Assembly: GCA_002269645.1 (NCBI GenBank)
Contig: NIVC01002291.1
Span: 186,001-250,000, forward strand
Origin: Macrostomum lignano
Lineage: Eukaryota
Direction: 5' to 3'
DNA length: 64,000 nt
Shown here in pieces: positions 1-12,200 of the stretch; position 1 is the stretch's first letter; the number at the start of each line of letters is the position of its first letter. The position numbers and the translations under genes were made by a program. The notes beneath the pieces are model-generated. The model was not told the origin of the DNA and searched no databases. It worked only from the letters and a program-made list of their open reading frames with translations.

Positions 1-3000
1 CAAGCCTGAAACTCTCGCCCGCTTTCCTAGGATAAACAGACCTAAGTGAGTATCTTCCTGAAATGCTTGCCCCTCCGATACTCCACCTTTGCTGCAGCTC
101 GAAATAGCATACTTGGGACCTTTATCTGATGGCGGAGAAGTCCTACAGTTGTCAGCCTCTCCACTTTACTGTACTTGAACGCCCGTTCTACAGGAGACAG
201 CGGTACCTCCATCTAGGTTATTCCAAGTTGCCAGAGACGTCAACACCGTCTTATTGACCTTGCGGGGCACTGGGGTGGCACTCTATGTACCGGGGCTTTA
301 CATTAGGGGACTGCATGCAACCCTGCGTCTAAGCGCTTAGTGGGCTGCAGTGGCCAGAGGGGAAAAGAGTTGCGCAATAGCGCCTTCCTGGGCCAGGCTG
401 ACAAGTCGGGCAGGAGCGCCGTTCTACCGGGTCGGGCTGATTGGCACCCCCACCTCCCCTATCAGACTGACAGCAGGGGGGAGGAATTACTAAAGGAGGA
501 GAATGCAGCAGGAAACATTACGAGATCACTGGGGGCCACCAGACTTCCAGTACACCATTCCAATACTCACTGAACTCCACTATCAATAGGAGACTACGGG
601 ATCTACTATTTCCAGCCACTGCACCAGCCCAAATGCAACCAAAGCAGTTACTACCGGGTCTGCAATGCAGTGGGGAGAGTCAGCAGACACGTTGGGATCG
701 AATCCCAGCCATGAAGGCACCAGGGGTTACCGCAGAATTCAGGTCCGGGCTGATCGCAGGTATTCCATAGGAGGTGACACTTTTTTTAGCCCGAGATTTT
801 TGAGTCACACTGATACCCTACAGAGATACAATCACACCGCTATTCCCATTCCTGCGAGACTTTGGTATCCCCCAATGTTTCCAAGGCCATGACTACTGCT
901 TCCCTTACTATGCATATATAGCGAGTTCCCCATAGCCCTTGATAACTGTTCATTCTAATGGACAAACAAAACACGCTCCGGTCTCTACGCATTTCTAGGA
1001 TTAACTGAGCGATCAGGGAGAGCGACTGTTACACTCCCCCGAGTAAAAGAAAGAGGTAGGACAAAGGAAAGAAATGCTTCGCTTCCAGCTTCCCTGTGCT
1101 TGCGTGATGAGGCTTCCGTACCTGGCTGGCTGTCCACCTCAACACTCACACAGTTTCGCTGTAGGCTAGGCGAGAGAAAGAAAGGGAGGGGAAATAAAGC
1201 ATATTACCATGAAATAGAAAGTGAGTCCGGAAAATTCACTTTCGCAGTTCTTCACACACTCCGTTACCAGGTAGCTATTCTGATTGTAATCAAATCCGCT
1301 CGTCTACCACTTCACACTTTCTAGCGCTGAAACTGATCGGCTAAATTAATTTTAAATTGAATCAGGGGCTTTTGGCGAATGAATGAATCTGGAAATTTCG
1401 AATGAATTGAACGAATTCGCAGCCCGAAAAATTTGAAAAGTTACATTAATATTTTTGGACTTTGTTGCCTCACGCCATGGGAGAAGAGAATGACGATTGG
1501 CGATTTTTACGATTGGTAGATTTAGACATGGCACTCTTTGCGCTTCGGCCACCATTCTGAGGGATGCCACAGGTGCGCTTGTCACATCTAAACCACCAGT
1601 CCGAAACTCAGCGCTGTTTGCACCAAATCCCACCGCTGCCACCATTTTGATGTAACCGCCCTTGTCGCCTGTCCGCTCCGTAGAGAGACGAACGCATGAC
1701 TAGAGGGGGCAATGACCGTAGGCTGCCTATGACCGGGCAATGACCTGACGGACCTCCAGCACCAGACTGTCCCGCCCACATGATTAGTAGCTTTGGTAGC
1801 GCTTCGTGACCAGAGGGCCAAGGACCCACATGGACCCCACCTGTAGCCAAGGTGCAATAGTTGGTCACTCGGTCATAGTATGACCGAGTGGCTGCCACCA
1901 CTCTATGTGACCTGGCGCACCTGGATCTTTCTACCAGACCTCTCGAGGCTAGAGCCCCGCCTGGATTGGTTACCAGGGGATTCAGGCTAACAGGGGAGAC
2001 GCATGCAGCCGAGTACAGGGACTCTGCTTGGGGCATGATCGGGAACTCTGGGCTCAATCCTGGAGGATTTCTCAGCAGGGGATCCTTTGTGGCTGTGAGC
2101 GAGGCTGACTTGCGACTTTGATTACTAAGAGTAGTATGAGGCGAACATGTACTGTCTACAGTTTAGATTGCTCAGGGCGAAGGGACGCGTTAGCATGGGG
2201 TTGCAACCTTCCTACTGCCATGCTGTGCCAAGTCTCGCTAATCCCTCTACTGCACGCACACGCGGCCCCGCAGCACGCACTCACAGGCGGGCTTTGCACA
2301 GGGAGAGGCCATTAGCTTACCCAAACTTCCTTATGCTTTGCCACCCCGGGAGAAAGGCTTAGCAAGCCATGAGTGAAATGATGGTGAAAGATTGAATAAT
2401 GATGAAGTTAGTTAATAGTTAATAATTAGGCCCTTAGGCGAATAATCAGGCAATTAGGCGGCTTCACTATTGAGTAAAATACAGCAAAAGATACGGTATC
2501 ACAATTGGCTCAGCTCTCTAATCAGACAATGGAAAATAGGCAAACCCCGGATAAGCAAAGGCAATTAGAGCACAAATTAGTAACAGGAACTTACCGGCAG
2601 CTGCACAGAGAGAGAGAGAGGCGGAGTGACCGGTGGCGGCTGTAGGCTGCAATCAGGCAGACGGTGAAGCGGCGATGCGCTGGAGCGACGAGGCGCTGAT
2701 GTGGATCAGGCGATGCTGATGATGCTGGGCGGTGTCAGACCGCTGGCCGATAGGCAAGCTCACTTGGGGAGCTAAGGATAACTTGGCGGTAACAGACCGC
2801 GGACCGGCAGGGACTCGTCTTATAGACGAATGGGTCAGAACTCAATCTGACGGCAAGTCCAAAGAAGGACGAGGAGAGGAAAAAGTTGAGGATTCTCATG
2901 CCGAAATTGCTTCCTTTTATAGACCTCACAGCCGCCTCCTCAAGGTCGTTACCATGGCTCCCTCTCTCTGATTGGCTGCCGGCAGAATGACGTCAGAATG

Positions 3001-4285
3001 AGTCATGATGAGAAGCATGAGACCGGCATAGCAACATGAGAAATAGGGAAATTGCGCAATCCGGAGGTGGGGTGGGGGGATAATTGGCGCAGCGGGAGGT
3101 CGCGAAAGTGTTGCGCAAGCAAACATTGAGAACAATAGGGCTGGGGTCGAGAACAAAGGAATTGGAAATCGGGGATAATTGGGGAAAACTGAGAACAATG
3201 GAAAAGTAAACATTGGAGAAAAGGTGATAATTAGGTGCGAAAACGAGAACAAAAGAAAGAGAAAATCGGAGAAAATGTGATAATTGGTGGGGTCGAGAGA
3301 ACAAAAGAATCAAAAACGAGAACAATAGAAGCAGAGGTGGGGTGGGTGTCGCATGAGAAATTTGGGGAGGAGAACAATAGCATGAGAAAAGGTTGCGCAA
3401 GAGAGGGGGATGAGTCATCGATGAGTCATCGGGGGGAAGAAGGGGTCACACGACTTGCGTCACCGTTTGGGAGTTTGGGAGGGGATGGGGAGACGGTGAG
3501 CACACAAAATACTGTAAGTAGACACAGAGAAGGAGGGGACAGCGCAGGAAAAAAAAGTGCAGAGAGAGATAAAAAGAGGGGGAAAGGGAAAGTACAGGAA
3601 GAATAGGGCGGAAACAGAAGAGATAGGGTAGAGGGGGAGGTACAGAAAGGGGTAGGGGGCTCCGGAAAGGCAGGTGTGGCGGCAGGAGAGACGGGACCAA
3701 GGCAGCAGGAGGGGTGCAGCAGAGCGGGAGTCTCCAGGCCCGGTCGGAGACCTGGCCGAGTCTCGACAGCTCTGTGCAGAGGGTGCACGGGATAGGAGGC
3801 ACTTTCGAAAAAGTTCCCATGCCCTATCCCGCGACCAGAGCGTGGTTACATCATGAGTATCAAAAAAGTTAATAAATTTATGGCCTGCATTAGAGTGAGA
3901 CAAAACAGAAAACAAAAAAACTCAACAAAGCATCTGCAACGAAGCAGAAATTTACCTGAAGGACCTAGATTTGGCTTTTTTCAACACAAAAACTGAGTAG
4001 CCTTGAGCAGCAAAACTGTTCCAAAAATCTACAGGTTTAGTCAAAATTTAAGTAATGCTACATATCTACCAGAAGCCCTGGTCATCCATTGTAAGAAGCT
4101 TGAAGATAGAGTCTGCTGCAGTAAAACTTATTGCTTTTGGCACAGTGAAAGATTTTATGTCTGACAAAGTTAACTGTGAGAGTGAAAGCATCCTGAACTG
4201 TTTTTCAACAAAAGCAAATAGTGAAATAGCAAAAAACATTGTTTCTGCCTTAGCGGCACTTCTTGTAGATTATAGGTGTAAAAAA

Positions 4286-6560
4286 CTAGTACAAGACTGG
4301 ATGTAGCTTTTGCAGCCTACAATTTTGAGGATTTGGAGCATCGCAACAGATGGCTAATTCTCTCCATACTAGTCCTTTTAGAAAAGTGTTCACTAATTGC
4401 CTAGATATTTCTTGTACATTGTTGATAGGCACTTCGACATCCATGACAGAATCAAAAACAAACACAAACATCCGAGCCAATTGAGTTGAGCAACATGCTC
4501 ACAGTGATGAAAATAGTCGGTAGCACAGTGCAGCAAAAACCAGGAGCCACTCTGGAGGCTTGCGCAGCTTGCCTCGATAATAAACACGTGAACTCACAAT
4601 CAACAGGCAACTGAATTAGAGAATTCAAATCAGTTTGGCCACTGTCTTCTGAAACTGGGATCTGCTCCTTGCGAGCTACATATCCGCATATATACTATAG
4701 TGCCAACTGTTCTTCATCAGTGGGTATAGAGGATTCAGCGCTGTCTGTCAAAGTCAAAACTAGATCATCAAGATCTGCGAGTTTGTCATCCGACAGCTCA
4801 CCATTGCAACAAGCTGCTTGTGGGTGTTCCAGAGCTTTATCTTTGAGCTGGGACTATAATTGCATATTGCATATCTTTGCACTGATTAATATTTCCTCAA
4901 CTGAAATGAAGTAGCATCCACCATGCCCTTGTCTATATATGGAGAATTTGCTTTCGAGTTGATCCAATTGAAACCCACCTGAGTAGATAAGGATGGTTGA
5001 GTAATATAAATGAACAATAACAAAATAATATGATTAATTCTATAAGGAGTTGTTAGCGTCATCATTTGGAAATAAAAAAGATTAATCAACTTACCTAGAA
5101 GAACATACTTGATTGAGTGTTGAGCCAGAAGAAACTTGGAAAGTTCCACTAAGCCTTGAGAAGTTTGAACCACAGCCTTTTGAGTGTCTATGGTCAATGA
5201 CTAAGGGCGTGACAGACCATATCCACCCTTCATTTGGTTGACCATTGAGGCAAAATTCAAAGGATGTTCAAGCTGACAGAGTCCAAGGATGAGATGGGTG
5301 CTCTCTGAATGTCATTGGAAATAATATGTGCTTCTGGAAATTTTACATTTACAATCTTCCAGAATTCTACAACTCAGTCAATGAAATCTGCCATGTTGCT
5401 GTAGTCACAGACTTGCAGAGCGCAAGCCATTTTATCATTGAATACTTCTAGGACTAAAGTAGTCTAAAGACACCTTTTGCTGTTCTAGTGGTTTTGAATT
5501 GTAGGCTACAAAGCTTAGATTGTTGGTGCAAATAATATGTTCGCGACACTTCCTCTAAGCTGGAAAATATGGCTCCATTTAGCACATTGTGCCAACAGCC
5601 TGGGCACTGAACAGAATTTGATCTCTCCAAATGCCTGAGTGAGCCAATTATTGCGAATATTTTTTAAAAGATGAACCATATTGTAGAGTAGAAATAACGG
5701 CTGTGTCTGATTGAATGGATTAATGGCCTTCCATGGAGAGGCTGGATCAGGATGGAATAGATTGAAGCAGTTTCAATTGGTGAAGTGATTATCACAAATT
5801 AGACTCAAAACTTTGCCACTGCATTTGTGAACTATAAATATTGTTGTTAGAACCACTTGATAAAGAAATGCTGGCTTTAGGCTATATATAGGAACAAGAT
5901 AAGTGACAAATGCTGCAGCACCCATGACTGGCTTGATCATTATGGCAAGAATGGTACGCGCCAGTTCTGTAGGGTTCTCTTCAGTGTAACCCACAATATG
6001 ACAGCCACGTAGCCTAATGGATGGCAGAACATAGACTTCATCAAAAACAATCAAACACAGTTTCTGCGATAGAGTTGCTTCAGCAAAATGCACCTGAACA
6101 ACAAGCTCACAGTCAGTAGTACTTCCAACTGTGCCTAGACCTCTGAGATAGTGCTTTAGTGTAACTGGATGAGGCAGCGATGCAATGCTTCGTAGTGTAC
6201 AGTATGCGTTTTTCCTAGAGAAGTATAGCTGTGCTGCAATCAGAAAATCCTTGGATGTTTACTATACACCAGATGAAGGAATAGTGCTCAACTCCAGCTG
6301 GCAAAGTAAGAAATATTGACCCTGATGTCCACTACCACATTCCAGACATGCAGTTCTTAGTTCTTCTACATGAGCAGAGACTTCTTTTTTAATGAGACAT
6401 TAGCTTGTCTAACATGATTTGTGACAGCCTCCAATTGACTGTAATGTTCTAAGTGACTTTGAAAGCCAAGTAAATCGGCAACATGATTAAGTAAATTGGC
6501 ATTCTTAGTTTAGTAAGAAATAAAAACCTGAATGGTTTATTATAACACACAGTCCTGTGC
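4286..6560 (-). mobile_element. Degenerate P-element/THAP9-type DNA transposon (transposase pseudogene with a spliceosomal intron)
   Basis: Manual minus-strand translation gives P-transposase motifs in order: AAQLYFSRKNAYCTLRSIASLPHPVTLKHYL (~6130-6250), CLIVFDEVY...VLSLICDNHFTN (ORF 5773-6093), QTSQGLVELSKFLL..KYVLLG|GFQLDQLESKFSIYRQGHGGCYFIS across a GT-AG intron at 4979-5094, and C-terminal YICGYV / LSRGKLRKP / LVNTFLKGLV (4290-4700). Several in-frame stops. TIRs not found, so ends are approximate. Confidence 0.85.
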
Positions 6561-7100
6561 TCTATTTGTAGCAGTCAAAACCTAGGCTTATGTACGTAGA
6601 ACATTATACAGCTTATGGCCTCCAAAAAAAATTCCACAAAAGATGAGTGTCCTATATATAATGTAACTTCAGTTGTCCTTGATATTACCATAGACAACTA
6701 AAATACAAGGATAGGCCTACTATATTATATTAAAAAATTGTGCAAAATTCACTAGAGACTAGTTTTGCTAAAAAGTATATTTAGCAAGATAAGGCAAGGT
6801 AAGAAGCTTTCAGTTTTAAGGCACTAAATTCCTAATATCTCATATTTTAAATTGCAATTTTTTGTTCATAGTGCATTTGCAAGTTTGTCAAAAAAAGTTA
6901 CAATTTTTTTTTACAGAAAATGGCTATATGTCCTAAAATTTAGAAAGTTAACTACAAGTAAAGTCCAGAAGGAGTGATATTATAAAGTTATAGTATCATA
7001 TGTGGCTTTGATGTGATTTACTTACTTTTCTTTTTAAAATATAATAGCTAGCCTAATTGTGTTAATTTAGAATCTAACAAAAAACTATTAAACTCTTTAG

Positions 7101-7358
7101 TTGGAATTCAATAACTACGCTGAAAAGGTGAAGAAGTTGAAGTCTCGTCCCACTGATGCTGAGATGCTGGACTTGTATGGCCTATTTAAGCAGGCCACTG
7201 TTGGCGATGTGAACACCGAGCGACCTGGCTTGCTGGATCTGAAAGGCAAAGCCAAGTGGGACAGCTGGAGCCAGCGCAAGGGCACTGAGCAAGGCCAGGC
7301 CCGTAGCAACTATGTGGAGCTGGCTAAACGACTAATTGAGCAATATGGATTGGAATGA
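7101..7358 (+). CDS. ACBP: Acyl-CoA-binding protein (ACBP/DBI), main coding exon
   Basis: EFNNYAEKVKKLKSRPTDAEMLDLYGLFKQATVGDVNTERPGLLDLKGKAKWDSW matches the ACBP signature (LYxLFKQATxGD, KGKAKWDAW). It begins after an acceptor (ctctttag|ttg at 7100); the short first exon carrying the ATG was not identified. Confidence 0.92.
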   Translation: MEFNNYAEKVKKLKSRPTDAEMLDLYGLFKQATVGDVNTERPGLLDLKGKAKWDSWSQRKGTEQGQARSNYVELAKRLIEQYGLE

Positions 7359-7797
7359 TTGATAGACAGAGATTGCACTCCGTGTTGGTTGGCAGTTTTA
7401 CAATACAAATATGCTATGTTTATTTGTTTATTAATCAGCTTTTCTACTATTTGATCCACTTAAATTATTTATGTTGGAATATAATAGTTATTATCCTTTC
7501 TTTTCTAATTTTTGGATATCATCTAGGTATTTAGGTATATAATATTATTTAGCATACTAATCTCATTTCTAGTCAATTGCTTTTTTCGTTATAATAGCAA
7601 ACTGCTTACACTCCCGAGTTAAAAAATCTGTTAAAAACTAATATTAAATTATTAATATTAGTATTATTAATATTATTAGTAATATTAAAAACTAATATTA
7701 AATTAATATTAAATATTAAATCAGCTTAAATATTGGAGATCTCGTTTCTGTCTCTTTTGGTTTGGAATTGTAAAACATTAGCTTAAAAAATCCCATT

Positions 7798-8870
7798 GGG
7801 TGGAATTCCCACTGTAGGATCTGATGGGTGGAATTCCCACTGTAGGATCTGATGAGTTGAATTCCCACTGTAGGATCTAATGGTTGGAATTCCCACTGTA
7901 GGATCTGACGAGTGGAATTCCCACTGTAGGATCTGATGAGTGGAATTCCCACTGTAGGATCTGATGAGTGGAATTCCCACTGTAGGATCTGATGAGTGGA
8001 ATTCCCACTGTAGGATCTGATGAGTGGAATTCCCACTGTAGGATCTGATGGGTGGAATTCCCACTGTAGGATCTGATGGGTGGAATTCCCACTGTAGGAT
8101 CTGATGAGTGTAATTCCCACTGTAGGATCTGATGAGTGGAATTCCCATTGTAGGATCTGATGGGTGGAATTCCCACTGTAGGATCTGGTGAGTGGAATTC
8201 CCACTGTAGGATCTGATGGGTGGAATTCCCACTGTAGGATCTGATGAGTGGAATTCCCACTGTAGGATCTGATGGGTGGAATTCCCACTGTAGGATCTGA
8301 TGGGTGGAATTCCCACTGTAGGATCTGATGGGTGGAATTCCCACTGTAGGATCTGATGAGTGGAATTCCCACTGTAGGATCTGATGGGTGGAATTCCCAC
8401 TGTAGGATCTGATGGGTGGAATTCCCACTGTAGGATCTGATGGGTGGAATTCCCACTGTAGGATCTGATGGGTGGAATTCCCACTGTAGGATCTGATGGG
8501 TGGAATTCCCACTGTAGGATCTGATGGGTGGAATTCCCACTGTAGGATCTGATGGGTGGAATTCCCACTGTAGGATCTGATGGGTGGAATTCCCACTGTA
8601 GGATCTGATGGGTGGAATTCCCACTGTAGGATCTGATGGGTGGAATTCCCACTGTAGGATCTGATGAGTGGAATTCCCACTGTAGGATCTGATGGGTGGA
8701 ATTCCCACTGTAGGATCTGATGGGTGGAATTCCCACTGTAGGATCTGACGAGTGAAATTCCCACTGTAGGATCTGATGGGTGGAATTCCCACTGTAGGAT
8801 CTGATGAGTGGAATTCCCACTGTAGGATCTAATGGGTGGAATTCCCACTGTAGGATCTGACGGGTGGAAT
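7798..8870. repeat. 28-bp minisatellite (TGGAATTCCCACTGTAGGATCTGATGGG)n, ~38 copies, intergenic
   Basis: Direct periodicity; explains ORFs 7716-8913. Confidence 0.97.
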
Positions 8871-9213
8871 TACCTCTAAAGTACCCGGGTCTAGCGTGCT
8901 CCCTCTCGGTCACGAATGGTTAGAATCGATTACCAATGCTAAATCCCGGGAGCTATCCATACTTTAGTATTTATTACATGTATTATTCTAGCGTCGAACG
9001 AACTCTTCCTACCAAAGTTCACTGTGTACGTTTTATAGTGTGTAAAGCTGTTTGGGCCCATAGACAGCCAAGCCATGCAGTCAGCCAGACATCAGACGCG
9101 ATCTTTTAATAAAGCTACTCAAAAGGTCAAAGAGAACTCTAGCAAAGAACTCTCAGAGATTGCACTATTCCATTTCGTGCGAACAAACGCCGTAGTAAAG
9201 GCAAAACCGAGAT

Positions 9214-12200
9214 ATGCTGCTGCGAGTGCTGCCTTCCACGCTTTCCCGCTGTCTGAGGCCAGTAAGCCGCTCCTACTATGTTGACCAGCTGTCTCTTGGC
9301 GAACCGTTTCACCCCGTTCCGAACCGGCATCCTGTAACTATGGAAGCGGAAAAAGTATTCGAGCAGCACCTGGACTCCAATCAGAAGGTGTTTGTACACG
9401 GCGGGGCCGCCACGCCAAATCACCTAATAGATAGCATGGTGCAAGTTGGACTGAAGCGCAAGTTAAAAAACATCAGCGTGATGCACATCCACACTGAAGG
9501 TCCGGCCGCCTACAATACCGAAGCTTGCCAAGGCGTATTCCGCAGCAATTCGCTGTTCACTTCGGCCAATTGTCGGGAAGCTATCGGCGCTGGTCGGGGC
9601 GATTTTACGCCGATATTTTTGTCGGAAATTCCGCTACTATTTCGACGGGGCGCGGTGAAACTTGACCTGGCGCTTATTATGGTGACGCCGCCTGATAGGC
9701 ATGGATTCTGCAGTCTGGGACCGTCGGTTGATTGTGCCAGGTCCGCCATTCAGAATGCCCGGGTTATTGTGGCTCAGGTGAGTCGTTGCCGACTCTGAAT
9801 TGAGGTTCCCAACCTTTGTCTACCGATAATTTGGGAGTTATTGCTAGGGTCTAATTGCATTGAGGCTGCACAACAACGAAAGCATAGTTTTAATGCTTGC
9901 ATAGAAATCACAGACATCTTGAAGATTAGAATAGCTAATAAAGTACCCTTTTTCTATTTCGAGCCTTGAAACTCAATTGTTTAATTTATATGCTTGTTTC
10001 CTTAATTACGTATATTTATTGAGCTTTTTTTGTTAGATGAAAAATCCTAGTATTTTTTGTGCTGACTGCAGCGTGGTATGCTGCAAATCTTTCAGAAGTC
10101 AGAGGTCGCCTAATGAACAGTAGCAAGAAAAGAATGTTAAGGAAATCTTTTGTGAGGTCCTGGCTCAGCGGTTATTGAGGTCCTGGCTCAGCGGTTATTG
10201 AGGTCCTGGCTCAGCGGTTATTGAGGTCCTTGCTCAGCGGTTATTGAGGTCCTGGCTCAGCGGTTATTGAGGTCCTGGCTCAGCGGTTATTGAGGTCCTG
10301 GCTCAGCGGTTATTGAGGTCCTGGCTCAGCGGTTATTGAGGTCCTGGCTCAGCGGTTATTGAGGTCCTGGCTCAGCGGTTATTGAGGTCCTGGCTCAGCG
10401 GTTATTGAGGTCCTGGCTCAGCGGTTATTGAGGTCCTGGCTCAGCGGTTATTGAAGTCCTAGCTCAGCGGTTATTGATGTCCTGGCTCAGCGGTTATTGA
10501 TGTCCTGGCTCAGCGGTTATTGATGTCCTGGCTCAGCGGTTATTGAGGTCCTGGCTCAGCGGTTATTGAAGTCCTGGCTCAGCGGTTATTGAGGTCCTGG
10601 CTCAGCGGTTATTGAAGTCCTGGCTCAGCGGTTATTGAGCTAAAACCAGTTACAAGGGGTATAAGACTCAGAAACCGGTACTGGCTGAGTTGGAATCTAA
10701 ATTTTGGCCACCTCTAGAGACTCACAAGACTATTACGAATAGTTCTTCAAGTTTCCTAGTGAGCTAGCTACCTTGCTCTAGAGAGGGTACATAAAAATTA
10801 AGCATTCCGATTTGAAATCAGGACGGCAAAACGCAGGCTCGTCTCCTATTGGTTCAACAGTCTGCAGCCAATCATATTTCGCGCAGCCTCGATACAAACC
10901 TCTTGTACTTTAAGGAATGCATACCAGTACGACTGTACGAGTAGTTATGGAAAGAATCTATTAAGGAAGCCTGCAAACCCGATTAAACAAAAGGTTGAAA
11001 ATAAAAAAAACTAATTCGTGACACACGCTTTCATAGAGCCATTTTAAATTTTATTATTTAAACAAATATAAAATAGAACACTGCAAAACTTTGTAACTTG
11101 TATCCCTAAAACAGTTTTTTAAATGTACTAATAATATGACGAAGCGTTTACTCATTAAATTTAAAGTAATAGTTACTCCGGCCGTTTACCCTAAAACAAC
11201 AGGTAAATCCAAACTTGCCGCGCACCCGCGGCGACTCGGCCATTCACAGCTCGCACATTGACTGCATGGTGCAGATGCAGCAGCCGCTGCACGAGATGCC
11301 GCCTAAAAAGATTAACCCTCAGGAGCAGCGAATCGGTCAGCTGATTGCTGAGAAACTGGTAGCTGACGGCTCCACCCTGCAGACTGGCATCGGCAGCATA
11401 CCCGACGCCGTGCTAGCCTCGCTGAAGGGTCACAAAAACCTCGGCGTTCACACAGAGATGTTCTCCGACGGCGTAGTTGATCTGACAGAATGCGGCGCCG
11501 TCACGAATGCTTTGAAGCGAATAAGACCTGGGAAAATTGTCAGCGGCTTCGTTATTGGCACTAAAAAGGTGTTCGATTTTATTGACGAGAATGCCATGGT
11601 GGAGCTGTGCGATATTCACTTCGTTAATAAGGTATGCTGCCGTCAAGTGGAATCGGATTGTAAGGGGATTGAAATATTGCAGCTATAGTTGTAAATAGCT
11701 ACCTGATAACAGGTGCGATTTCTGTGAGTTGTAAATAGCTACCTTATAACAGGTGCGATTTCTGTGAGTTGTAAATAGCTACCTGATAACAGGTGCGATT
11801 TCTGTGAGTTGTAAATAGCTACCTGATAACAGGTGCGATTTCTGTGAGTTGTAAATAGCTACCTGATAACAGGTGCGATTTCTGTGAGTTGTAAATAGCT
11901 ACCTGATAACAGGTGCGATTTCTGTGAGTTGTAAATAGCTACCTGATAACAGGTGCGATTTCTGTGAGTTGTAAATAGCTACCTGATAACAGGTGCGATT
12001 TCTGTGAGTTGTAAATAGCTACCTGATAACAGGTGCGATTTCTGTGAGTTGTAAATAGCTACCTGATAACAGGTGCGATTTCTGTGAGTTGTAAATCTAA
12101 TTGTCTGATAGCAGGTGAGATTTCTGTGAGTTGTAAATCCAATTGTCTGATAACTGGTAAGAATTCTGTGAGATGTAAATCTAATTGTCTGATAGCAGGT

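Noticed and set aside
1866-1890. Perfect 12-bp inverted repeat CACTCGGTCATA-G-TATGACCGAGTG
   Set aside because: Real but isolated; no context links it to a terminator, ribozyme or TE end.
1-2350. Possible decayed retroelement, with a PPT-like GGGGGAG|TGTAACA on the minus strand at ~1033 and a PBS-like TGGTAACGGAG at ~1270
   Set aside because: No second LTR copy and no recognisable RT, integrase or recombinase motif in any frame I translated; left unassigned.
2590-3450. CCAAT, CRE (TGACGTCA), AP-1 and GT-box cluster with a minus-strand GTAAGT donor at ~2594
   Set aside because: Looks promoter-like, but no downstream gene could be identified in the window.
7798-8870. Near-palindrome GTGGAATTCCCAC resembling an NF-kB site in each 28-mer
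   Set aside because: Imperfect match with no independent support; short motif matches are expected by chance.
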